Below, piece by piece: positions 30,347-39,491 of a stretch of DNA of 64,000 nucleotides. A model generated the notes under the pieces. That model had not been told where the DNA came from, did no database searches, and was given only the letters and a program-made list of their open reading frames with translations. Source of the DNA: a virus (lineage: Duplodnaviria; Caudoviricetes); the IMG/VR virus record IMGVR_UViG_3300014203_000001, positions 160,001-224,000 of that record, one strand, 5' to 3'. The translations under genes and the position numbers were made by a program. Each line of letters starts with the position of its first letter. The first letter of the stretch is position 1.

Positions 30347-30886
30347 GTGTATATGGCTAGAATAAGTGCTAAACGACAATTATTAGAAGAGCAACAGAGA
30401 TTATTAGAAGAACAAACTTTACAGAAAAACTCATTTGATTGTGCGAATTTCTTAATGCAACGAATGGAGTTAGAAGTAGATGATAAAACTGGTTTCCTCG
30501 CTAGATATAATGAAGATACTGAAGAATTATCTGAAATTATATTTGATGGTAAGAAATGTAAAGATTTAAGAGCACCTATAGATCCTAGAAAAGAAATGCC
30601 GTTTGATCCGTATAATAATATTAAGCTATGCTGTGGTTTATTACAGTACTATGTAAATGAATATATGGGCAAAGATACCCAAATTATGTATCTATCAAAC
30701 AAAACAAGTAACGACGAGGGTACTCTTACATTAGTATTTGAAAATGGTCAGAGTGTAATAGGAAATCCGTATAATAAGGATACCCTAAAATATATTGATA
30801 TGATTGTTCTGTTAGATGGAGGAAATGCCATTGATAATAGGACAATAAAAGGAATGGATGTAAATGCCAATACATTTAAACGATGA
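30347..30886 (+). CDS. Hypothetical protein
   Basis: 179 aa ORF with RBS. Confidence 0.7.
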   Translation: MYMARISAKRQLLEEQQRLLEEQTLQKNSFDCANFLMQRMELEVDDKTGFLARYNEDTEELSEIIFDGKKCKDLRAPIDPRKEMPFDPYNNIKLCCGLLQYYVNEYMGKDTQIMYLSNKTSNDEGTLTLVFENGQSVIGNPYNKDTLKYIDMIVLLDGGNAIDNRTIKGMDVNANTFKR

Positions 30887-32045
30887 GCAAGAGGATATTG
30901 TTAATAAAGCTATCGATTTTTATCTAAACAGTTCTGAGCTTGTATTCCAATTTGATGGAAAAGCAGGCACGGGTAAATCTGTAGTAATGAATGAAATATA
31001 CCGAAGGTTGAATCTTACCATGGCAGATATAGCTCCTATGAGTTACATAGGAGCTGCTGCTATTGTTATGAGACTAAAAGGTTTAACTAATGCCAAGACT
31101 ATACACTCTTGGCTCTTTGAGCCTAAGATCGTATATGATATGGAGAATATGGACAATTATCTAAACAAACCTAAAGCCCGTTTAATTTTTGTGCCTAAAC
31201 CATTAGGAAACAAGAAATTGATATTTATAGACGAGGCTGGTTCTGTTCCGTATTCATTAAAGAAAGAATTAGAATCTAGAGGAGTTAAAATAATAGCAGC
31301 AGGAGATCTGAATCAGCTTCCTCCTCCATGTGACAAACCAGCATATCTATATTCAGGTAAGGTGCATCATCTTAATCAAGTTATGAGGCAGAGTTCACAG
31401 AATGCTATTATATATTTAGCTAATAGAATCTTAGAAGGGTATTCTATAGAGCCAGGATTTTATGGTAATGTATATGCTTTATATGATAGTCAGCTTACGT
31501 CTGATATGATTTCTAATAGTCAAGTTATCGTATGCGGTAAGAATAAGACTAGGGATAAGTTTAATAAGTATATACGAAAGACATTCTTTAACATAGACTC
31601 GACTTTACCATCTCATGGCGAAAGAGTTGTATGCAGAAAGAATAACTGGAAAGTAGATGCTGATGGGATAAACTTAGCAAATGGATTAATAGGCACAGTA
31701 GCTAACTATCCTAGTGTATATGGGTTTAATGGTAAAACATTTGAAATAGACTTCAAACCAGATTTATTTGATGGGGTATTCGAATCTTTAGAATGTGACT
31801 TTAAGTACTTCAATGCTCCACACGATGAAAGAGATAAGATAAAGAAGAGTCCTTTTAGCGAAGGTGAAAAGTTTGAATTGGCATACGCTATTACAACTCA
31901 TATAGCTCAAGGTTCTCAGTATAGGAATGGTATATACTTTGAAGAGTACCTAAATAAGGCTATAAATAAGAACCTAAACTATACTGGGATAACACGTTTT
32001 TCTGACTGGTGCTTCTATGTAATTCCGACACCTAAATATTTTTGA
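30864..32045 (+). CDS. SF1B Dda/RecD2-like helicase
   Basis: GKAGTGKS, TIHSW, FIDEAG, GDLNQLPP, AYAITTHIAQGSQY. Confidence 0.9.
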   Translation: MPIHLNDEQEDIVNKAIDFYLNSSELVFQFDGKAGTGKSVVMNEIYRRLNLTMADIAPMSYIGAAAIVMRLKGLTNAKTIHSWLFEPKIVYDMENMDNYLNKPKARLIFVPKPLGNKKLIFIDEAGSVPYSLKKELESRGVKIIAAGDLNQLPPPCDKPAYLYSGKVHHLNQVMRQSSQNAIIYLANRILEGYSIEPGFYGNVYALYDSQLTSDMISNSQVIVCGKNKTRDKFNKYIRKTFFNIDSTLPSHGERVVCRKNNWKVDADGINLANGLIGTVANYPSVYGFNGKTFEIDFKPDLFDGVFESLECDFKYFNAPHDERDKIKKSPFSEGEKFELAYAITTHIAQGSQYRNGIYFEEYLNKAINKNLNYTGITRFSDWCFYVIPTPKYF

Positions 32046-32063
32046 CAGCATAGATATTTATGA

Positions 32064-32101
32064 TTATATATTATATAGATGAGTACAAATACTTAAGACT
32101 C
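32064..32101 (+). promoter_or_regulatory. Early promoter-like motif (copy 7) plus leader hairpin
   Basis: TTATATATTATA-taga-TGAG; gagt..actc. Confidence 0.75.
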
Positions 32102-32123
32102 AAAATAAGGGGAGGAATTTATA

Positions 32124-32579
32124 ATGATTATTAAACCACTAATGCAAATCGTAACACGTATTAACCCACTAACAGGTAAAGAGGAAGCACCAAAAACCCC
32201 GCCTGAGCTTAAACAGTATCTACTGTTGTTACATTTCATCGAGGATACCAATAAGGAAGCTAAGGATTTTGAAATCATCACTGGAAGAAAAGAGACATTT
32301 GATTATCTACTTGAGAATATCGATTCTATCGATCTTACCCAAAGTCATGTAATGTCTCAGAATACCCCATTAGAAAATGCAATCACCGTATATAGTTTCT
32401 TACGCTTATGCTTAGAAAAGCATATGAACGAATCAGAAAAAGAAACTATTGACTACGATGAAACTATGCTTAATGAGCATATGGTAAACTTCTATGACAG
32501 CATGTCTGAAGAAGAACTAGATGCTCTTTATGAGGAAGAAATCAATCAAGCTTTTAAACCATATAATGGTGAAGAGTAA
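32124..32579 (+). CDS. Acidic hypothetical protein
   Basis: D/E-rich C-terminal third; N-terminal KPLMQIVTRI. Confidence 0.7.
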   Translation: MIIKPLMQIVTRINPLTGKEEAPKTPPELKQYLLLLHFIEDTNKEAKDFEIITGRKETFDYLLENIDSIDLTQSHVMSQNTPLENAITVYSFLRLCLEKHMNESEKETIDYDETMLNEHMVNFYDSMSEEELDALYEEEINQAFKPYNGEE

Positions 32580-32594
32580 TAGGAGGATTAGTAT

Positions 32595-33050
32595 ATGAAA
32601 CCTATGAGAAATAATAATCCATATAAAAAGAAAAGTGCTTTCTTCGACTACTTTCTAAAGCAAAGTGGAGAAGATTTTCTTATGAAGGAAAACATGGTTA
32701 ATCTTAAAAGAAGATCGACCATGTTCTTCCGAGATATGGCTAATGGTTCTTTTGATATAGAGAAGCATGGTCAATACATATCGAATGATTACTTGCTTAA
32801 TATCATGCTAAAAGAAGCAATGATAAAAGTAAAGTATTATTCTATCCATTGCCATTTTTCAGGAACTGTATTACAAGACCATCCAGAGTATAATAGTGAT
32901 GATGTGCAGAGTGCCATTAAAGCAGATTATGATAGCCTAACTGCATATACTATTATACGTGATGGATTACTTAATTTAATACAAACTAGAAACTTAGGAT
33001 ACCTAGCAATGATAGCAAATCAAATGCGGTATTTTAAGTATAGTTTATGA
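32595..33050 (+). CDS. Hypothetical protein
   Basis: RBS aggagg. Confidence 0.7.
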   Translation: MKPMRNNNPYKKKSAFFDYFLKQSGEDFLMKENMVNLKRRSTMFFRDMANGSFDIEKHGQYISNDYLLNIMLKEAMIKVKYYSIHCHFSGTVLQDHPEYNSDDVQSAIKADYDSLTAYTIIRDGLLNLIQTRNLGYLAMIANQMRYFKYSL

Positions 33051-33118
33051 AAACCACAACAGTATGATAATAAAAAGGGATATCTTTGATATCTCTTTTA
33101 TTTTTTCTAAGGAGGCGT

Positions 33119-33517
33119 TTGTCGTGCAAGAATTATGTTCTTTTCTTAGACAATTATAACTTAGCAGAATCGAATCATTTAAGTAAGCGTATTAAAGAAC
33201 GTACAGGTTTACCAAAAAGAGCGCATAAAAGATTTATTAACAGATTCGTTCAAAAGGGATTAAACGCAATAGAATTAAAAAAGAATGGTTTAGACTTATA
33301 CTATTATCTAATGAGTATAACTAGGAGTGGATATGTGCTTAAAGTATTAGACATATACATACTAGTGACATCCATCAATGGTGTAGGTGTTACTATTCTA
33401 AATATACCAAAAGAATATATTAATAAAAAGGGAGGCAATAATAATGGACACACCTCAGGTAATAGAGCTGCGAGATTTTGTGCACGGGATAAAACACAAG
33501 AATTTAAACGACGGTAA
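33119..33517 (+). CDS. Basic protein, DUF4258/RelE(BECR)-fold-like
   Basis: SNHLSKRIKERTG..YILV..GVTILN; TTG start after aaggagg. Confidence 0.45.
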   Translation: MSCKNYVLFLDNYNLAESNHLSKRIKERTGLPKRAHKRFINRFVQKGLNAIELKKNGLDLYYYLMSITRSGYVLKVLDIYILVTSINGVGVTILNIPKEYINKKGGNNNGHTSGNRAARFCARDKTQEFKRR

Positions 33518-33881
33518 AGAAAGACCGCTTACTCTTATGATATTGGTAGACAATGCATATGGGTTTTTTAACGAAGCAATTCATATCGTAAGATGGGACG
33601 ATGCAAAAGAACGTTTTTATGTATTTGGGTATAACAGTGTAGGAACTAATCCTAATATGGGAAGTAAAAACCCCACTGGATTTGGAGAACTATCTATCGT
33701 TGATTATGGGCAAATCCAACAGTTTAAAGTAGTATTATCAGAAGTAGATTTTGATGCTGTATGTACTGCATTGGGATCATCTCTAATGCCAGACGATGTT
33801 AGAGAAAATACTAGAATGAAACTGTTCACCACTACAGATCCTGCATATTATATCAAGAAGGATCAAGAAACCCACTACTAA
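33444..33881 (+). CDS. Hypothetical protein
   Basis: RBS gggagg. Confidence 0.7.
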   Translation: MDTPQVIELRDFVHGIKHKNLNDGKERPLTLMILVDNAYGFFNEAIHIVRWDDAKERFYVFGYNSVGTNPNMGSKNPTGFGELSIVDYGQIQQFKVVLSEVDFDAVCTALGSSLMPDDVRENTRMKLFTTTDPAYYIKKDQETHY

Positions 33882-33902
33882 AAGTAGAAAATTACACAGG
33901 GT

Positions 33903-33956
33903 AAACATTAAGATAATTATATATTATAATGGTGAGACTCAATAGTTTGAAGTCAT
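33903..33956 (+). promoter_or_regulatory. Stacked AACA-N6-TA and early motif (copy 8) with bulged-A leader hairpin
   Basis: AACA-TTAAGA-TA at 33903; TTATATATTATA-atgg-TGAG at 33917; GACT-CAA..TTG-A-AGTC. Confidence 0.7.
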
Positions 33957-33988
33957 AAACTAATAAAAAATAAAGGGGAAATGAAATT

Positions 33989-34864
33989 ATGTGGAACAAT
34001 AACTCTTGGGGAAATAATGGTATGGGTGCAAATATGGGAACAGGATTTGCTAATACCAATACCCAAACCATTCCAATGAACCAAACTTTAACAAAAGAAG
34101 AATGCATTAAACTGCAAGAGAAAGGTCCTAAATTCTCATTCAACTTGACTGAGACTGAATACCTTCGTGCTATTTGTGCACACAAAGATCCTGTAAATGG
34201 AAATATCTCATTGAAAGATAATAATGATGGTACACATACTTGTGGGATTTGCCATGAAACATTTACTCTATTAGATCCAGATAAATTTGATCGCGCTGCA
34301 ATTGAAGATATCTGCGCTGATTTCAATGATCTATTCCAAACGATTAAAACTATGTATGGTCCTGTGCCAATTGAAGCTGGTCGTGACTTCTACTCATTCG
34401 TAGGATTTATTCCTCATATACCTGAATTATACGAAGTAGCTTCAGAGTACTTTGGTAAGATTGAAAACACTGGTAGAGGTGTTACTGATAATCGTTCTAT
34501 GCATGGAGCTAATCTTCTTTATGCAATGATGAATCCTCAGTATCCAATGGGAGTTCCTATGGGAGCTGCAGTAAATGCACCGCCAAATGCAGATGCTAAT
34601 TTCCAACAATACCAACAATGGTTAGCATCTCAACAACAAGCCCAACAACAGGGTCAACCACAATTCCAACAACCAACACAAAGTCAATTTGGTAGTGTAC
34701 AAACACCAAATGCCAACTTTGCGGCAGGACAACCAAATCCAGCATATGCACCACAAAATAATGGATTTGTAAACCCAATCGGATTTGTCGAAGAAAATCA
34801 AACAGCCGCAGTAGGAGCACCTCCTACACCAGCAGCAAATGTAACCTCAGGATTTAGAAGCTAA
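33989..34864 (+). CDS. Zn-binding protein with Q/N/P-rich low-complexity termini
   Basis: CAHK..HTCGICH; C-terminal QQQAQQQGQPQFQQP tract. Confidence 0.7.
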   Translation: MWNNNSWGNNGMGANMGTGFANTNTQTIPMNQTLTKEECIKLQEKGPKFSFNLTETEYLRAICAHKDPVNGNISLKDNNDGTHTCGICHETFTLLDPDKFDRAAIEDICADFNDLFQTIKTMYGPVPIEAGRDFYSFVGFIPHIPELYEVASEYFGKIENTGRGVTDNRSMHGANLLYAMMNPQYPMGVPMGAAVNAPPNADANFQQYQQWLASQQQAQQQGQPQFQQPTQSQFGSVQTPNANFAAGQPNPAYAPQNNGFVNPIGFVEENQTAAVGAPPTPAANVTSGFRS

Positions 34865-34951
34865 AATATGATATAGACAGTAGATATATATCTACTGTCT
34901 ATATTCTTTGTTTAAAAGAAATACCAAATTTTTTATACAGGAGGCAATGAT

Positions 34952-37315
34952 ATGCCTAGAGAAAAACTAACCAAAGAACAAATTGAAAACATAAGAGGAT
35001 ATGCTACTCAGATAAGAACTATCAGCGACTTCTCTTTAGCTGTAAGACAAAACCCAGGACAATATATTGGCTATCTAAACAATAGAGGTTTTATCAATAT
35101 GATACGAGAAGTGTATCAGAATAGTATGGATGAGTTACAAAAAGATGATTCTCCGTGTACTACGATTAGATTAGAATATTATGAGGCTAATCATACTGTT
35201 ATCGTATCAGATAACGGTAGAGGCGTTCCTCACGATAACATGAAACGTATTTTTACGGAACCAAATACTTCATCTAACTATGATAAGAAAGATGGAGAAT
35301 TCTCTGCAGGATTGCATGGTGTAGGTTCTAAAGTTACAAATGCTTTAAGTTCTGAGTTCTTTGCAGAATCTTATCTATGTAAAGAAGCTTCTCTATCTGG
35401 CAAACCAGAAGCGCGAAGAATCGAATTTATAGATGCGATTGCATGGGAAGAAGGAGGAGAATTAGGTGAACTCCCAATTCCAAATGAGAATAACTTACAA
35501 GGAACAAAGGTAGAGTTTAGACCTTCATACGAAATTATGGGAGAGATAACTACTACATGTGAAGATGTTCTTTCTCTTATAACTTCATTGTTGCCTCTTA
35601 TGAAAATAGGAGCAGTAACTGACTTCTATGGTATTAAAGAGAATGGAACCATCATAGATCAACATATTGTGAACGAAGATGGAATTGTTTCGTTCTTGGT
35701 CTGCAATACAGACAACCCACTTTTCGAACCAGTTGTTCTAAGCAGAACAACTAAAAATATGAAAGCTGATATTGCTTTCACGTATGACTGCGCTGACACA
35801 CATGGAGTCGCCAACATACTTTCATTTGCAAATACATGTCCAACTGTTAATACTAATGATAGTACACATGTTAGTGGATTTACGGATGCACTAACAAACT
35901 ACTTTAGGAATTATATGAATAAGATATATCTTAATAAATCTAAAACAGTAGTTGTAAACAACGATATAAAATATGGACTACGGGCGGTAGTGTCTGTGTC
36001 TCATATTAAACCGTTGTTTAGTGGACAAGCCAAGGAAATATTCTCTAATAGAGATATAATTCCTTTCATCAAAAGTTTGATGATAGAAGGGCTTGATGAA
36101 TGGTGTAAAGCCAGATCATCCGATTTGCAAAAAGTATGTATGCACTTCAAAGGTGCCGCAGATCTGCGTATGAAAAGTGATAAAGAAAAAGTTAATATGG
36201 CTAAGAGATACACAGCCTCGGCATTAACTGGTTTACCAGCAAAATATGATAAACCAAATGGCGATAAGAATTTAGAGTTGATTATAGTAGAAGGGGATTC
36301 TGCTAAAGGACCTTGTGAAACTGCTAGATGTGCAGAAAGACAAGGTATCTTTCCGTTAAAAGGGAAACCGCCTAATGCTATGGTAAAATCGACTAAAGAT
36401 TTCATCGAGAATGATGAAGCTAATGGCATTATGCATATCTTAGGCGGAACATATGGTAAGAACTTCGATATCAATAAGTGTAAGTTTGAGAAGATCATTA
36501 TACTTTGCGATGCAGATTTAGATGGTCTACATATTAGAACATTGCTTCTTAAAATGTTCTTAGTTTACTATGTTCCATTGGTAGAAGCAGGTAGAATATA
36601 TGGTGCAGTTCCGCCATTATACCATACAATCATTAATAAAAAATCAGTTTACTTCCCATCCAAACATGACCTTATCAAATATACTCAGTCTAAGTTTAGT
36701 ATAGAGAATAAAGTATTTGATATTAACAAAAAACATTTGAGTGGTACTGATTTAGTTGGAATACTATCTAGAAATTCTAATTATATTAGAGATCTAAATA
36801 TAGTAGCTGATAACTATGCGATAGATCCTTATCTGTTAGAGTTTGTACTCTCTATCAGAAATCTTCAGTTCAATGAGTTTAAGAAGAGGATCAAATCAAA
36901 CTATAGATTCTTGAACGTTGAATTACAGAATGGCACACCAGTATTAGATGGCTTACTGGGAGAAAAATGCCCAACCGTTATTCTAAATCAAAATCTATTA
37001 GATGCTTGTGCTCCAGTGTTACATTATATAGATGGTGAACATTTATATTACAATATTAATGGAGAGCAAACTAGTCTATATGGTCTAATGAATAAATTTA
37101 GTGCATACCAACCAGCTAAAATAGACCGTTTTAAAGGATTAGGCGAGATGTCACCACAACAATTAAGAGAATCTACCCTACATCCAGATTACAATAGAAC
37201 GCTATTACGCTATACTGTAAATGATATCAAGCGAGAAATCGAAGAGATCAGAGAAATAGAGTGTAATAAGAATTTGCTATTCAAAGATATAGATATTGCT
37301 GCGTATGAATTTTAA
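34952..37315 (+). CDS. gyrB: Type IIA topoisomerase subunit B (GyrB/ParE)
   Basis: EVYQNSMDE, DNGRGVP, GLHGVG, VEGDSA, PLKGK, DADLDG, RFKGLGEM. Confidence 0.95.
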   Translation: MPREKLTKEQIENIRGYATQIRTISDFSLAVRQNPGQYIGYLNNRGFINMIREVYQNSMDELQKDDSPCTTIRLEYYEANHTVIVSDNGRGVPHDNMKRIFTEPNTSSNYDKKDGEFSAGLHGVGSKVTNALSSEFFAESYLCKEASLSGKPEARRIEFIDAIAWEEGGELGELPIPNENNLQGTKVEFRPSYEIMGEITTTCEDVLSLITSLLPLMKIGAVTDFYGIKENGTIIDQHIVNEDGIVSFLVCNTDNPLFEPVVLSRTTKNMKADIAFTYDCADTHGVANILSFANTCPTVNTNDSTHVSGFTDALTNYFRNYMNKIYLNKSKTVVVNNDIKYGLRAVVSVSHIKPLFSGQAKEIFSNRDIIPFIKSLMIEGLDEWCKARSSDLQKVCMHFKGAADLRMKSDKEKVNMAKRYTASALTGLPAKYDKPNGDKNLELIIVEGDSAKGPCETARCAERQGIFPLKGKPPNAMVKSTKDFIENDEANGIMHILGGTYGKNFDINKCKFEKIIILCDADLDGLHIRTLLLKMFLVYYVPLVEAGRIYGAVPPLYHTIINKKSVYFPSKHDLIKYTQSKFSIENKVFDINKKHLSGTDLVGILSRNSNYIRDLNIVADNYAIDPYLLEFVLSIRNLQFNEFKKRIKSNYRFLNVELQNGTPVLDGLLGEKCPTVILNQNLLDACAPVLHYIDGEHLYYNINGEQTSLYGLMNKFSAYQPAKIDRFKGLGEMSPQQLRESTLHPDYNRTLLRYTVNDIKREIEEIREIECNKNLLFKDIDIAAYEF

Positions 37316-37321
37316 GATATA

Positions 37322-37360
37322 CCCCTTATCCCAAGTGGATAAGGGGATACTTTTATTTTA
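37322..37360 (+). terminator. Intrinsic terminator
   Basis: ccccttatcc-caagt-ggataagggg plus T-rich tail. Confidence 0.7.
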
Positions 37361-37395
37361 CTTATCAAGAGGTAATTAATAATGATTCTAGTTTA

Positions 37396-37472
37396 TACAT
37401 TTTCTTATGTATAAGAGAATATGGATTTTTATGTAAAGATTAAATGATTACATAACCGTATACATTTTCATA
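37396..37472 (+). promoter_or_regulatory. Cluster of three TACA-N6-TA motifs upstream of the DHH-nrdD operon
   Basis: TACA-TTTTCT-TA (37396), TACA-TAACCG-TA (37449), TACA-TTTTCA-TA (37461). Confidence 0.45.
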
Positions 37473-37512
37473 AGGCAGAATAAATAACCGAATAAAGAGA
37501 GGAAGAATAAGT

Positions 37513-38469
37513 ATGTTAAAAAAGATTTATGATGGAGAAAGATTAGTAAGAGTAGTTTCAGACAACGTAGGAAAGGCTCTAAAGTTCTTTAGAACTCAAG
37601 AGAAGATAGTAGTATTTCATCATGATGATGCAGATGGAAAACTAGGAGGAAGAATGGTCTATGAAGCTTTTAGATTAGATAATACTAAAAGATTTCATTG
37701 CTGTAACTATGGAACAAAAATGCCAAATCCAAATATGGTAAAAGAGGGAGATGTAGTATTTATTGTAGACTATTGTATCCCAACAGATCAGTTAAGAGAA
37801 ATTACAGAAGTTGCTAGTTTAGTAGTATTCCTAGATCATCACAAGACTGCTATGGATATGGTAGCCAAAGACTTCGAATACTATTCTAAATTAGTAGAAG
37901 AAGATAAACTTATCATTGACTTAGATATGGGACGATGTGGCGCTAAAATTGCAAGCGAATATTTTATTAGCATTGGACTAGATAAAGGATGGAACGAAAA
38001 AGTTGTTGATTTAGTAGATAAGTATGATAGATGGACAAAAGAAGATCCGAGAGCAGATTACTTAAATCAGTTCATCTATAACAGCAGTATGTCATATGTG
38101 AATTCTCAAATGTGGTATGATCTACTATATGACGAAGAATATTTCCAGAGAGCAATCTCTATTGGTAAAGAATTCTTCGATATCAATCTACATAAGAACG
38201 AATTAACGTTTAGAAGCTTTGCTAAAGAAACTGAGTTCCATGGATTGAAAATCTCTGTTATTGAAGGATTTGGAAATTCTCAATTATTCGGAGATCATAT
38301 CGATGATTATGATGCAGTTTGCGTATTTCATATTACCAATAACGGCAAATGGCAGCATTCAATCTATTCATCCAAACCAGGATCTGGTTTGAATAAGATC
38401 GCAGAAATATATGGTGGGGGTGGTCACAAATCAGCCGCAGGTTTCATATTGGACGAAAGGATATTCTAG
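37513..38469 (+). CDS. DHH/DHHA1 phosphoesterase
   Basis: HHDDADG, IVDY, LDHH, GGGGHKSAAGF. Confidence 0.9.
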   Translation: MLKKIYDGERLVRVVSDNVGKALKFFRTQEKIVVFHHDDADGKLGGRMVYEAFRLDNTKRFHCCNYGTKMPNPNMVKEGDVVFIVDYCIPTDQLREITEVASLVVFLDHHKTAMDMVAKDFEYYSKLVEEDKLIIDLDMGRCGAKIASEYFISIGLDKGWNEKVVDLVDKYDRWTKEDPRADYLNQFIYNSSMSYVNSQMWYDLLYDEEYFQRAISIGKEFFDINLHKNELTFRSFAKETEFHGLKISVIEGFGNSQLFGDHIDDYDAVCVFHITNNGKWQHSIYSSKPGSGLNKIAEIYGGGGHKSAAGFILDERIF

Positions 38470-38531
38470 ATTACATACAAAAAGGCATCGTTAAGATGCC
38501 TTTATTTTTTATAAATAAAGGAGATACTACC

Positions 38532-39491
38532 ATGATTACTTATATTAAAAAAAGAGACGGTAAAGTAACGGACTTCAATGAAAGAAAAATCTCCAATGCA
38601 ATTCTAGGAGCAATGAAAGAAGTATGGGGAAAAGAAATTAAAGCATCTACTCAAGCTAATAGAGCTGCTAGTATTGCTAAAGATATAGCTAATGCTATGG
38701 AAGAATCAGTTGTAGAAGTAGAGAAAATTCAAGACTTAGTAGAAGATAAACTAATGAAGAAATTCCCTGAAGTTGCTAAAGCATATATTAAATATAGACA
38801 AGAACGTACTCGTATTAGAGAGATGAATAGCGATATCAATAAGCATATTAAAGAAGCATTGAGCTGTTCTAATGTGCAAAATTCTAATGCTAATTTAGAT
38901 GAATATTCATTTGGCGGTAGAAAGAACGAAGCATCTAATATTATTCAAAAAGAGTTGGCATTGAGAGATTTCATTTCTCCAGACGTAGCAGATGCTCATA
39001 GAAATAATGATCTTTATATACATGATTTATCTGAATATACAGTTGGCATGAGCAATTGCATGTTTATCGATTTTGGGAGATTGCTACGTTGTGGGTTTGG
39101 TACTAGAAATGGCGATGTACGACCAGCTAATACATTTGCAACTGCTTGCCAACTAGTGGCAGTAATAGCACAATGCACAAGTCAAACTATCTTTGGCGGT
39201 GTAGCTAGTTCTAGTTTAGATCATGAGTTAGCACCATATGTAAGAAAAAGTTTCTTGAAGCATTACAAAAAAGGTTTAAAATATGCCGATAGAAGAAAGT
39301 CAAAAACGTGGAAAGATTTTGATATACTTTATAATCGTGTATCTAAAACAGCTTCTATTATTGCTAAAGGTAATATTTTTAAAAATTATTCTAATGCCGC
39401 ATATGAATATGCTATAGATCTTTTAGAAGAAGAGGGATTACAAGCCACACAGGCATTATACCATAACTTAAATACTTTGGAATCTCGTGCT
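38532..39491 (+). CDS. nrdD: Anaerobic ribonucleoside-triphosphate reductase, exon 1
   Basis: ATP-cone IKKRDG..F, YIHDL, ..LYHNLNTLESRA; RBS aaggag before ATG 38532. Confidence 0.95.
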
